Made by a program: the position numbers and the translations under genes. This document shows, one piece after another, positions 18,694 to 28,229 of a DNA stretch of 64,000 nt. The notes beneath the pieces were generated by a model that worked only from the letters and a program-made list of their open reading frames with translations, did no database searches and was not told where the DNA came from. The stretch covers positions 5,056,001 to 5,120,000 of the forward strand of contig CBDETK010000013.1 of the NCBI GenBank assembly GCA_965242865.1, read 5' to 3'. Every line of letters begins with the position of its first letter. The stretch's first letter is position 1. The DNA is from Candidatus Latescibacterota bacterium (lineage in GTDB: Bacteria; Latescibacterota; UBA2968; UBA8231).

Positions 18694-19986
18694 GTGCCCG
18701 CACTCCTCCGCATCGGGATCGGGGCCGCGCTGGCCGTTGGGGCGTTCTGGAGCGTCCTCGCCATTCGCTGGTTCCCGGCCGAAGAGGTGCTGACCATGTG
18801 GGTGTATGGCTCGCCGCAAGAGGCCGAGCTGTACCGCCAGGTCGCGGCCGAGTATCGCCAGCAGCACCCGGAAGTTCGCCTGCGGTTGGAGGTGGTGCCC
18901 GGCCGCAGCGTCGTCCAAAAGCTGCTGACCGGCATGGACGCTGGGCACGCCCCGGATATCTGCGTATTGCACTGGCGACAGATGCCCCAAGTAGCGAGCA
19001 CCGGGCAGCTTTTGCCGCTCGACGACCGGGTGCGGCGCGACCGGCTCGACCCCGACGATTACTATCCGGTGGGCTTGCAAGCATACACGTACCACGGCAC
19101 CCTCTACGGCCTGCCGGTCAAAGGCAGCACCATTACCTGCTTTTACAACAAGGACCTCTTCGACCGCTACGGCGTTAGCTATCCGACCGACGCCTGGACC
19201 TTCGACGATCTCCTCGCCAAAGCCCAAGCCTTGACCATCGACGAGGACCAAGACGGCCTGCCGGATATTTATGGCTGCACCCCGTACGACATTGCCAGCT
19301 ACGTGTGGAGCATGGGCGGGGATTTCCTGCGCTGGGAAAACGGGCGCTACGTTTCCAACCTCGACGACCCGCGCGTAGCCCAAGCCGTGCAGTTTTACGT
19401 TGATCTCTACTTTAAGCACAAGGTCAGCCCGCCGCGCCCGGGCGTCCGCACGGACAACGCCATGAGCACCTTTACCTTTGAGGCCGGGCGGATCGCCATC
19501 GGCATCATGGGGCCGTGGATGCTACCGACCTTTCAGCTTTTGGACCGCTTCGAGTGGGACGCGGCGCTCTTTCCCCAAGGACCGGCGGGCCGGCAGACGC
19601 GCTACGCCAGCGTTGGTTTTACCATCTGGAAGGGCACGCGGGAGCCCGAAGTCGCTTGGGATGTACTCAAGTATATGGTCTCGGCCGAGGCGACGACCAA
19701 GATGGCCCAGTTGGGCAGCGATTTGCCGCCGCAGCGCTCGGTGGCCCGCCGGACTTATCCGCGCGCGTCAACGCCCTACGAGGAAGAAGTCTTTGTGCGC
19801 TCGATGGACTACGAGGTGCGGCTCTTTCCTCAAGAACTGTGGTGGGAAGACCTCTACCGCCGGATGCTCGACGAACTCGACGCCGCTCTGACTGGCCGCG
19901 AGAGCGTGGCCCAAGCCTTGGCCGAAGCTCACCGAGTAACCAATGCCTATCTGCAACGCATCTACGCCGAGGAAGGCGCGTCGTGA
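18694..19986 (+). CDS. Carbohydrate ABC transporter substrate-binding protein
   Basis: GHAPDI, LYGLP, FYNKDLF, WTFDDL, FEAGRIAI..MGPW. Confidence 0.9.
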   Translation: MPALLRIGIGAALAVGAFWSVLAIRWFPAEEVLTMWVYGSPQEAELYRQVAAEYRQQHPEVRLRLEVVPGRSVVQKLLTGMDAGHAPDICVLHWRQMPQVASTGQLLPLDDRVRRDRLDPDDYYPVGLQAYTYHGTLYGLPVKGSTITCFYNKDLFDRYGVSYPTDAWTFDDLLAKAQALTIDEDQDGLPDIYGCTPYDIASYVWSMGGDFLRWENGRYVSNLDDPRVAQAVQFYVDLYFKHKVSPPRPGVRTDNAMSTFTFEAGRIAIGIMGPWMLPTFQLLDRFEWDAALFPQGPAGRQTRYASVGFTIWKGTREPEVAWDVLKYMVSAEATTKMAQLGSDLPPQRSVARRTYPRASTPYEEEVFVRSMDYEVRLFPQELWWEDLYRRMLDELDAALTGRESVAQALAEAHRVTNAYLQRIYAEEGAS

Positions 19987-20927
19987 GGCGTCAAAACAAA
20001 GCCGCCTTCTTCTTTCTGCTGCCCAATTTCGTCGGCTTTCTCATCTTTGCGCTGGGGCCGGTGGTGGTGGCCGCGGGCATGGGCTTTTACCGCTATCAAC
20101 TCGCCTCGGGCGCGCCCGTCTTCATCGGGCTAGACAACTTTGCCGAGCTGGTGCTCTTCAAAAGGGTGAACGGCGAGTGGGTGGCCCGCGACCCTTACTT
20201 TTGGAAGTACCTCGGCAACACGCTCTTTTTGATGCTCAACATCCCGCTCGCCATGGCCGGCTCCCTGCTCTTGGCCGTGCTCTTAAACCGAGACCTGCCC
20301 GGCCGCGTCTTCTTCCGCACCCTCTTCTTCATTCCCCATCTGTGTACGGGCATCGCCATTTACATGGTCTGGAAGATGCTGCTGACGTACGAGCCAAACG
20401 TCGGCATCGTCAACGGGCTTTTGTGGCAGGTTTTTGGGCTGTTGGGGATCGCGCCCGAGCGGGCCGCGGCGCTTTTGCCGGGGTGGCTCATCAGCGCGGC
20501 GTGGGCCAAGCCCGCGCTGATCGTCATGTTCGTCTGGGCCAGCGTCGGCGGCTACAACATGGTGCTCTACTTGGCCGGCTTGCAAAACATCCCGCCCGAG
20601 CTGTACGAGGCCGCTGAAATGGACGGGGCTGGCTGGTGGTCGCAGCTCGTCCACATCACCGTGCCCCAGCTCGCGCCCACGACGTTTTTCATCCTCGTCA
20701 CCAGCGTAATCGGCGGCCTGCAAGGCGGGTTTGAGGCCGCTTACGTAATGACCGGCGGCGGCCCCGAAGGCTCGACGACCACGGTGAGCTACTACATCTA
20801 CACTCAGGCGTACGAGCAGCTCGAAGTGGGGTACGCGGCCGCGATTTCAATGGTGCTTTTCGCGCTGATTTTCGCGGCGACCTTGCTCAACTGGCGCTAC
20901 GGCGGCAAGCGGCTGGAGGCCGTCTAA
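19983..20927 (+). CDS. Carbohydrate ABC transporter permease
   Basis: FIGLDNF, YLAGLQNIPPELYEAAEMDGA (EAA loop); GTG start overlaps the stop of the binding-protein gene. Confidence 0.92.
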   Translation: MRRQNKAAFFFLLPNFVGFLIFALGPVVVAAGMGFYRYQLASGAPVFIGLDNFAELVLFKRVNGEWVARDPYFWKYLGNTLFLMLNIPLAMAGSLLLAVLLNRDLPGRVFFRTLFFIPHLCTGIAIYMVWKMLLTYEPNVGIVNGLLWQVFGLLGIAPERAAALLPGWLISAAWAKPALIVMFVWASVGGYNMVLYLAGLQNIPPELYEAAEMDGAGWWSQLVHITVPQLAPTTFFILVTSVIGGLQGGFEAAYVMTGGGPEGSTTTVSYYIYTQAYEQLEVGYAAAISMVLFALIFAATLLNWRYGGKRLEAV

Positions 20928-20933
20928 CGTCTA

Positions 20934-21836
20934 ATGGTGCGCGGGCGTCCATACCAATCGACCGCTGTCATCTATGCGATTTTGCTCCTCGTGCTCAGCG
21001 GCATGGTGGTGCCGCTGGTGTGGACTTTGCTCACCTCCTTCAAGTACAACGTCGATGTGACGCTCGGGTGGCTTCCGCCGCGCTGGACAGCGGACAACTA
21101 CGCCGGCGTGTTCCGCGCCTTTTCCTTCCTCCGCTACTACGCCAATTCCCTGCTCATCGCCACCGCCGTCACCGCGGTCCAAGTCGCCACGAGTGCGCTG
21201 GCGGCATACGCGTTTGCCCGCTTGCGGTTTCGGGGCCGCGACGTGCTCTTTCTCGGCTATCTATCGACGATGATGATTCCGGCCGATGTGCTGATGATCC
21301 CGCAATTCGTGCTGATGAAGCAAATTCCCCACTGGCTCAACGCCGCGTTCGCGACCGATTTCTTCAGCGGCTTTCTCTACTGGGGGGAGCACTACATCGG
21401 CCATCCGGTGGGGCTGGACAGCTTTTTCGCGCTCATCGCCCCAGGGTGCTTTAGCGCTTATGGGACGTTCATGCTGCGGCAGTTTTTGCTGGGCATTTCG
21501 CGCGAGATCGAGGAGGCCGCGCTCATCGACGGATGCTCGGCGTGGGGCGTGTTTTGGCACGTGGTGGTGCCGCTGGCCAAGCCGGCGCTGGGGGCGCTGG
21601 CGATTTTTACCTTCCTCGGGCGGTGGCGGGCTTTTCTCTGGCCGCTGATCGTCACGGATTCGGATTCCATGATGGTGCTGCCGGTGGGGTTGGCCAAGCT
21701 GTCGGACTTATATGTCAACGACTACGGGCTGATTTGCGCCGGGTCGATGCTGATGCTCGTGCCAATGATCGCGGTTTTCGTCTTTTTTCAGCGGTGGTTT
21801 ATCAGCGGGATTCAGCTAGGGGCGGTGAAGGGGTAG
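20934..21836 (+). CDS. Carbohydrate ABC transporter permease
   Basis: AAYAFARLRFRGR, EIEEAALIDG, ends GIQLGAVKG. Confidence 0.92.
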   Translation: MVRGRPYQSTAVIYAILLLVLSGMVVPLVWTLLTSFKYNVDVTLGWLPPRWTADNYAGVFRAFSFLRYYANSLLIATAVTAVQVATSALAAYAFARLRFRGRDVLFLGYLSTMMIPADVLMIPQFVLMKQIPHWLNAAFATDFFSGFLYWGEHYIGHPVGLDSFFALIAPGCFSAYGTFMLRQFLLGISREIEEAALIDGCSAWGVFWHVVVPLAKPALGALAIFTFLGRWRAFLWPLIVTDSDSMMVLPVGLAKLSDLYVNDYGLICAGSMLMLVPMIAVFVFFQRWFISGIQLGAVKG

Positions 21837-22095
21837 CCGACCGAGTTCTCGGCGCAGAAGGAGACAACGCCCGGTGCTGGGCGCGGTTGATCGCCGCGAG
21901 AAGGCGGCGGGCGTTTTTGGGCGATCGGAGGAGGTGAGCGGTCTCGAGGAGGCTGGCTAATTCGTCGGCGGAAACCAGCGCGACGTCTTCGGCATTGCGC
22001 CGCCGTATAATCACTGGCTCGCGGGTAGAGGCGACTTCGTCACAGAGCGATGCGAGTTCGGCTCTGGCCTGAGTATAGGTCGCAACGGTGGTCAT
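21802..22095 (-). CDS. Phd/YefM family antitoxin (no adjacent toxin)
   Basis: TYTQARAELASLCDEV..TREPVIIRR...SLLETAHLLRSPKNARRL. Confidence 0.88.
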   Translation of the reverse strand: MTTVATYTQARAELASLCDEVASTREPVIIRRRNAEDVALVSADELASLLETAHLLRSPKNARRLLAAINRAQHRALSPSAPRTRSATPSPPLAESR

Positions 22096-22185
22096 TTGAT
22101 TTGACGCTCCTTTTTAAGGGACATGAGCTCCCAGCTCGCCGAGGATGGAGGGCGCGACGCCCTCCATCCCAGACGCATTGGTCGT

Positions 22186-22725
22186 CTATTGCCGGTAATT
22201 GTACAGCGCACCGCCGTCAAACATCGTATTGCCGTTGACGGATTTTTCCGGGATTGGGCGTTGGTTCACGTCCCAGTGTTCTACAATCACGCCATCCACG
22301 AGCCGGAAGAAGTCGGCCGTGGCGCCGGAGCCCGGGGCCCAGTCGTTGCCGCGGTCCTGCTCGCTGGCTGTGTAGTGCGAATGCACGACGACCAGATCGC
22401 CCTCGGCGACGACGCGCTTCACGTCGGCGTGGATTTCGGGAAATTGCTCGAACATCCCGGCAAAGTACGCCTTCAAGCCGTCGCGGCCGTTGGGTTCACC
22501 CGGATTATGGGCGATCCAATCGGCCGCCATGATCTCATCCAGCACGTCCAACTTGCGTTCATTGATCACTTCCTGCATGTAGCGCAAGACAATGGCTCGG
22601 TTCAGGTCCTCCTGCGAGGGGGCGGCCGGCTCGAGCTCTTGCGAACCCCAAGCCGCCAAGAAACTCAGCGCGAGTGCCGCCAACGCCACTTTGACGCCGT
22701 TTCCAGCTTTGGTGAAAAGGTACAT
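22186..22725 (-). CDS. SnoaL-like/NTF2 family protein, exported
   Basis: NRAIVLRY, HNPGEPNGRDG, VAEGDLVVVH, DFFRLVDGVIVEHWD; hydrophobic N-terminus. Confidence 0.85.
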   Translation of the reverse strand: MYLFTKAGNGVKVALAALALSFLAAWGSQELEPAAPSQEDLNRAIVLRYMQEVINERKLDVLDEIMAADWIAHNPGEPNGRDGLKAYFAGMFEQFPEIHADVKRVVAEGDLVVVHSHYTASEQDRGNDWAPGSGATADFFRLVDGVIVEHWDVNQRPIPEKSVNGNTMFDGGALYNYRQ

Positions 22726-22776
22726 CTCTGCCTCCTGTGTTTGGAATGTGAACGCTTGGACAAAGCCCGCCGCGTT

Positions 22777-22805
22777 TTGACAGGGTTTGTAAGCGTGTAT
22801 AGTCT
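22777..22805 (+). promoter_or_regulatory. Putative sigma70 promoter of the ABC exporter pair
   Basis: TTGACA - 17 bp - TAGTCT in the divergent intergenic region. Confidence 0.4.
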
Positions 22806-22835
22806 AAATAGGAATAGCGATTCACAAAACAGCGC

Positions 22836-24566
22836 ATGAGCCTCAATCCCTTCAAACCGTTTGCCTCGTACCTCCGCCCCTATCGCTGGGCCTTGGCCGG
22901 CGGCTTGGCTTTTTTGCTGGGCGAACAGCTCGTCTCCGTCTCGATCCCCCTCGTCCTAGAACGCGCCATTGACCACGCCGAAGTTAGCTTGGATCGAGCC
23001 GCCCTCGCGTACTACGCCGCCCTCATCGTCGGCTTGGGCTTGGCGCAGTGGGGCATGGCCTTTGGCATGCGCTGGCACTTGGCCGCCACCTCCTATCGCG
23101 TCGAGCGCGACATCCGCCAGCGTTATTTCGCCCACCTGCTCACCTTGCCCTTGGGCTATTTTCAACAGGCCCGCACCGGCGATCTAATGGCGCGGGCGAC
23201 CAACGATGTCGAGGCCGTGCAACGCTGCCTCAGCCACGGCTTCCGCATGTTCCTGAGCGCTCTGCTCGGCTTCAGCTTGAGCATGGTGGCCATGGGCCTG
23301 TACGACTGGCAACTGACCCTGTACGCGCTGTTGCCCATGCCCGTTATGACCGCGACCCTGCGCGTGGTCGGCGGCAAGGTGCGCACGCGCTATCGCTTGG
23401 TGCAAGAACAATTTGCCGCCATCAGCACCTGCTTGCAGGAAAACCTCGCGGGCATGCGCGTGGTCAAGGCGTTTGCCCGGCACCGCAACGAGATTGACCG
23501 CTTCACCCGCCTCAACGACGAGTACGTCGAGCGCAATCGCCGCCTGATTTACATCTACAGCACGTTTTTCCCCTTCACCTTCCTCATCAGCGGCCTGTCC
23601 ATGGTGTTCATCCTGTGGCTGGGCGGTATCCGCGTCGTCGAAGGGACGCTCACCTTGGGGGCCTTTGTCGCCTTCAACGCCTACTTGATCCGCATGAGCC
23701 GCCCGATGATGATGATGGGCCGCATCGTCGATGAGTACCAGCGCGCCATGGCTTCCATGCGGCGCATTGAGGCCGTGCTCAAAGAACGCCCTCAAGCGAG
23801 CCTGCCCCCAGCCGCCGACTTGGCGATCCAAGGCGAAATCGAGTTCCGCCGCGCCTCCTTTGCTTATAATGGCCAAGCCGTGCTGCGCGACATAGACATT
23901 CGCGTGCCGGCCGGCAGCACCCTCGCCATCGTCGGTCGGGTCGGGTCGGGCAAGAGCACGCTGGCCCGGCTCATCCCCCGGCTCATCCAAGCCGGCGAGG
24001 GCCAAGTTTTTATCGACGGCAAACCCATTGAACAGATACCCCTACACGCCTTCCGCGACGCCATCGGCTACGTGCCGCAGGACACCTTTCTCTTTTCCGA
24101 AAGCATCCGCGCCAACATCGCCCTCGACTTGGCCGCTCCCGACGAGGTCGAGCGCGCCATTGAGGTGGCTCAACTGGCCGCGGACCTCAAAACCTTTCCC
24201 CAAGGGCTGGAAACCATCGTCGGCGAGCGCGGCGTCACCCTGTCGGGCGGGCAGAAGCAGCGCACGGCCTTGGCGCGGTCAGTCGTGCGACACCCGAAAA
24301 TCCTCATTCTCGACGACGCGCTGGCCAGCGTCGATACCCGCACCGAAGAGCAAATCCTCAAGCGTCTGCGGGCCGTCATGGCCGAGCGCACCACCATCCT
24401 CATCGCCCATCGCATCTCCACGGTCATGGGCGCGGACCACATCGTCGTGCTCGACCAAGGGCGCATTGTCGAAGAGGGCACTCACGACCAATTGCTCGCC
24501 CGCGATGGCCTGTACGCGGAAACCTATCGCCGGCAGCACCTCACCGAGGAATTGAGCGACCTCTAA
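22836..24566 (+). CDS. ABC exporter ATP-binding/permease subunit (MdlA-like)
   Basis: TM domain, GRVGSGKST, LSGGQKQR, ILILDD, IAHRIST. Confidence 0.92.
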   Translation: MSLNPFKPFASYLRPYRWALAGGLAFLLGEQLVSVSIPLVLERAIDHAEVSLDRAALAYYAALIVGLGLAQWGMAFGMRWHLAATSYRVERDIRQRYFAHLLTLPLGYFQQARTGDLMARATNDVEAVQRCLSHGFRMFLSALLGFSLSMVAMGLYDWQLTLYALLPMPVMTATLRVVGGKVRTRYRLVQEQFAAISTCLQENLAGMRVVKAFARHRNEIDRFTRLNDEYVERNRRLIYIYSTFFPFTFLISGLSMVFILWLGGIRVVEGTLTLGAFVAFNAYLIRMSRPMMMMGRIVDEYQRAMASMRRIEAVLKERPQASLPPAADLAIQGEIEFRRASFAYNGQAVLRDIDIRVPAGSTLAIVGRVGSGKSTLARLIPRLIQAGEGQVFIDGKPIEQIPLHAFRDAIGYVPQDTFLFSESIRANIALDLAAPDEVERAIEVAQLAADLKTFPQGLETIVGERGVTLSGGQKQRTALARSVVRHPKILILDDALASVDTRTEEQILKRLRAVMAERTTILIAHRISTVMGADHIVVLDQGRIVEEGTHDQLLARDGLYAETYRRQHLTEELSDL

Positions 24567-26353
24567 TGCCGCCGACTCGCCGCGACGAACCGGAAATCGA
24601 CAAAAAGTCCATTGACCTCGGCCTAGTGGCGCGGCTGTTGGGGTTCTTGCGGCCCTACTGGCCTTGGGCGGCCTCGACGTTGGTGCTCATCCTCGCGGCC
24701 TCGCTGGCGCGTCAGGCCGGTCCCGTGCTGACCAAAATAGCCGTTGACGACCACATCGTGCCCGGGGATCTGGACGGCCTCGGCACCCTCGTCTTGCTTT
24801 TTGCCGCGCTGTTAGTCGCTCAATTCGCCATGGGCTACACCCAGAGCTGGATCACCAGCATGGTCGGTCAGTGGACTATGCGCGATGTGCGCTTGAACAT
24901 CTTCACCTGCCTCCAGCACCTGCCGCTCAAATTTTTCGATCGCACCCCCATCGGCCGGCTGATGGCGCGCAATACCAGCGATGTGGATGCGCTCAACGAA
25001 TTTTTCACGTACGGCGCGGTCTCGCTGGTGACCGAATCCGTCACCATCGCCTCTATTCTGTTTTACATCTTTTTCTATCTCGATGTGGAGTTGGGCCTGC
25101 TCACCTGCGCCTTTTTGCCCGTGGCCTTTGCCGCCACCCTGTGGCTGCAAAACCGCACCTACCAGGCCTTCCGCCAAGCCCGCACCCGCTTTGCCCGCTT
25201 CAGCGCGGACTTACAGGAAACCCTGTCGGGCATAGAGGTCGTAAAGCTGTTCAACTGCGAGCCGCGCAGCACCCGCCGCTTCAACGAGGGCACGGACGAG
25301 TACCTCGACGCGCGCTTGGTCCGCACCTTGTACCATTCGGCGTACTTCCCCTTTATGGAACTGTGCGGTGCCGCGCTGATGGCGCTGGTGCTGTGGTACG
25401 GCGTGGGCCAAGTGTTGCGCGCAGAAATTGCGTGGGGCGTTTTGGTGGCCATGCTGCAATACGTGCCCCGCTTCTTCATGCCCATCCGCAACCTCGCCGA
25501 GGAGTACGCCACCGTGCAGGTGGCCATGGCCTCGTCCGAGCGCATCTTTGAGCTGCTCGACGCCGCGCCCGAGCCAAGCGGCGGTCCCGTGCGCCGAGCG
25601 CGCATGGCCGGGGCCATCGAGTTCCGCCGCGTTTGGTTTGCGTACGAAGGGAAAGAGTGGGTCCTGCGCGACGTTTCCTTTTGCGCCGCGCCGGGCCAGA
25701 GCTTGGCCTTAGTCGGGGCCACCGGCTCGGGCAAGACCACCATCGTCAGCTTGTTGTGCCGCTTTTACGAGATTCAGCGCGGGCAGATTTTGGTTGATGG
25801 CATTGACATCCGCGAGTGGAACGTGGAAGCGTTGCGGCGGCGGTTTGGCTTGGTGCAGCAAGAAGTCTTTCTCTTTGCCGGCGATATTGCCAGCAACATC
25901 CGGCTCGGAGCGCCCGAGCTGTCGGGCGAGGCGGTCGCTCAGGCGGCGCGCTATGTCAACGCCGACCGCTTTATCGACCGCCTGCCCAACACCTACCGCC
26001 ACGAGGTGCAGGAGCGCGGCACAGCCCTGTCGGCCGGTCAGCGCCAGTTGTTGTCCTTTGCCCGCGCCCTAGCGGCGGACCCGGATATTTTGGTGCTGGA
26101 CGAAGCCACGGCCCACATCGACACCGAGACCGAAGGCTGGATTCGGGAGGCCGTTGAAAAACTGATGCGCGACCGCACTTCCATCGTCATTGCCCATCGC
26201 CTCTCCACCATCCGCCGCGCCGACAAAATCCTCGTGCTCCACCGCGGCCAGTTGCGCGAAGAGGGCCGCCACGAAGAGCTCCTAGCCCGAGGCGGCATCT
26301 ACGCCCGCCTGCATCAACTGCAATACGACGAGTGCGCCGATTTGACGAGATAG
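24566..26353 (+). CDS. ABC exporter ATP-binding/permease subunit (MdlB-like)
   Basis: GATGSGKTT, LSAGQRQ, LVLDEAT, IAHRLST; forms a heterodimer pair with the previous gene. Confidence 0.92.
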   Translation: MPPTRRDEPEIDKKSIDLGLVARLLGFLRPYWPWAASTLVLILAASLARQAGPVLTKIAVDDHIVPGDLDGLGTLVLLFAALLVAQFAMGYTQSWITSMVGQWTMRDVRLNIFTCLQHLPLKFFDRTPIGRLMARNTSDVDALNEFFTYGAVSLVTESVTIASILFYIFFYLDVELGLLTCAFLPVAFAATLWLQNRTYQAFRQARTRFARFSADLQETLSGIEVVKLFNCEPRSTRRFNEGTDEYLDARLVRTLYHSAYFPFMELCGAALMALVLWYGVGQVLRAEIAWGVLVAMLQYVPRFFMPIRNLAEEYATVQVAMASSERIFELLDAAPEPSGGPVRRARMAGAIEFRRVWFAYEGKEWVLRDVSFCAAPGQSLALVGATGSGKTTIVSLLCRFYEIQRGQILVDGIDIREWNVEALRRRFGLVQQEVFLFAGDIASNIRLGAPELSGEAVAQAARYVNADRFIDRLPNTYRHEVQERGTALSAGQRQLLSFARALAADPDILVLDEATAHIDTETEGWIREAVEKLMRDRTSIVIAHRLSTIRRADKILVLHRGQLREEGRHEELLARGGIYARLHQLQYDECADLTR

Positions 26354-26365
26354 TCGCTTTAGGGG

Positions 26366-26763
26366 TTAATGTGAAAACGAATAATGGCCATCCATAGAGA
26401 GAATCAACACCCCGTAGCGAAGTATGTCGCGGCCTATTAGCCCCTGATAGACACTCTTTCCGGCATCGAATTCAAGAGCTTGGGTGTTTGCTGTTTGGGG
26501 AGTCAATTGTGCTTGGCCAGAGTGCGAGCCGTCAGGATTCTGTTTGAAATCGACGATAAAAGCCACATGCACATCGTACGCATTTACATTGACCAGCCCG
26601 CCGGCAGTTTGCATTTCAACCTTACCAATAGGCTGTAGCTCAAGCGCATCTATTACGGACCTTGCGATACAAGTTCGAGAAGCCCCTGTATCGACAAGGA
26701 CAGGGCATATATGAAGTTTGCTCTCATCTTTTTTGGACGCATCAATGAACCCAACCTGCCATA
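26366..26763 (-). pseudogene. Retropepsin-like aspartyl protease, 3' part cut off by IS630
   Basis: Minus-strand frame reads WQVGFID...VLVDTGASRTCI...GLIGRDIL; the frame is broken at the IS left end. Confidence 0.75.
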
Positions 26764-26804
26764 TAGCAATCCGAAATGCCTTGAAAGGTTAAGGTTTTCT
26801 TTTT

Positions 26805-27320
26805 ATGTTGTCATTTCGTTTTCTATCGTCCCTTTTTCAGGAGTGTTTTCAGCTGGTTTCCGATCGTTCTTTATCCGATTTTATCGCCAGCAACCCCGAC
26901 GCCCGTGAACTCAAACGTGCAGTCGCGGTTCAGATGACTCTGTTGGGGGTCAAACAAGGTATGATTCAAGCGGTGCTCGGCGTTCCGTCGGGGTTCATCC
27001 GTACGTGGAAGAAGCGGTATCTATCTGAGGGGGTCGAATGCTTGCGCTTAGGCTATAAAGGCTCGCCGTCCTATTTGTCGGCTGCTCAGCGAGCGCAAAT
27101 CACCCGCTGGTTAGCCACCCAATCACAGCCCTCGGTGGCGTCGTTGGCCTCCTATATCCAAACGCAGTTTGGCGTGGTGTATCGCTCCTCACAGCGTTAC
27201 TACGCTCTGCTCTCGCAGGCGGGCTATAGCTGGAAAAAGACCCAAGCCCGTTCACCCAAAGCCGACCCGCGTCCGGGGATCGCACGGCGAGCCGAGATAA
27301 AAAAAACTAGCCGTGTATAA
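26805..27320 (+). CDS. IS630 transposase OrfA (HTH)
   Basis: DARELKRAVAV, LRLGYKG, FGVVY.S.Q.YYALL..AGYSWKK; A8 tract at 27299-27306. Confidence 0.8.
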   Translation: MLSFRFLSSLFQECFQLVSDRSLSDFIASNPDARELKRAVAVQMTLLGVKQGMIQAVLGVPSGFIRTWKKRYLSEGVECLRLGYKGSPSYLSAAQRAQITRWLATQSQPSVASLASYIQTQFGVVYRSSQRYYALLSQAGYSWKKTQARSPKADPRPGIARRAEIKKTSRV

Positions 27321-27884
27321 GGAGGCACTCCAAGGGGGGCACCTCAGTGCCTTTTTTGTCGACGAGTCGCACCTACACTGGGGTGATGCTTGTGGGTATG
27401 CTTGGGGACGACGCGGTCAACGGCTTAGGGTGTGCATGGACAACGCCCGTCAACGCCAGACCTATTATGGGGCTTTGGATGTCGTCAAGGGGACCTTCCT
27501 GATGCAAAGCGATCCTAAGGCCAACGCGCAGCATACGGTGGACTTTATACGCTCTATACAACAGCGTCGTCCCGGTCAACGGTTATTGATTTTTTGGGAT
27601 GGGGCTTCCTATCATCGTCAACAGGCCATGCGCACCGTTCTCGAAACCATACAAGCGAACCGACCACCGGATCAATGGAAGGTATGCTGTATGCGATTGG
27701 CCCCTTATACACCGCAAGAAAATCCGGTCGAAGATATTTGGTTAAAAGGGAAGACTTTTGTGTGTACCCATGCGTTGTGGACCACACAACTTTGAACAGG
27801 TCAAAGACCTCTTTGTCAAGGGAATTCGGCAGAAAAAATACTTCCAGTTCCCTAAGTTACAGCAATATATAACATCTCTTGAAT
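27301..27884 (+). pseudogene. IS630 transposase OrfB (DDE), frameshifted near 27785
   Basis: FVDESH, IFWDGASYH, PQENPVEDIW; stops at 27795 while the expected C-terminus FEQVKDLF..FQFPKL lies in another frame. Confidence 0.75.
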
Positions 27885-28229
27885 AATTTAGAATTGCTAT
27901 ATTGCTCGCGTTCTTCGCAGTGCAGCGGCCCAAATTCGCGCCCTCAAATCGGCCAATATATCCATCTCACTCGGCGATGCAAAGGTGATTCTCATGGGGC
28001 ACTTCCTCTGCGAAGCGCACCGCCTGTGCAATCTGGCCCAGGAAGAGACATTCCTTGCCGATGTTGAAAGACGTATTGACGACTACGTGGCCAGCGTGAG
28101 CAGCGTCCAAGGCGACGGTATCTACACACAAGACCCCTCTGGGCAACGGGTCCTTTTTGCAGAGATGGCCAACTAACGCTTCGTTTCATCCGCTCATTCG
28201 CCGTGCAACAAACCACAGGAGATCGCCTC

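Larger units (their letters stand above)
26764..27899 (+). mobile_element. IS630-family insertion sequence
   Basis: TIRs TAGCAATCCGAAAT and ATTTAGAATTGCTA (12/14 match); TA duplicated at 26762-63 and 27900-01; encloses the transposase ORFs. Confidence 0.88.

Noticed and set aside
19515-19982. N-terminal extensions in the ORF track (19515, 29935, 16767, 52519 minus, 46350, 33107, 55817)
   Set aside because: Downstream starts with an RBS or matching family N-termini are better; the extensions overlap neighbouring genes or precede signal peptides.
27985-28176. 63-aa ORF next to the IS630
   Set aside because: No recognisable motif; may be a fragment but cannot be supported.
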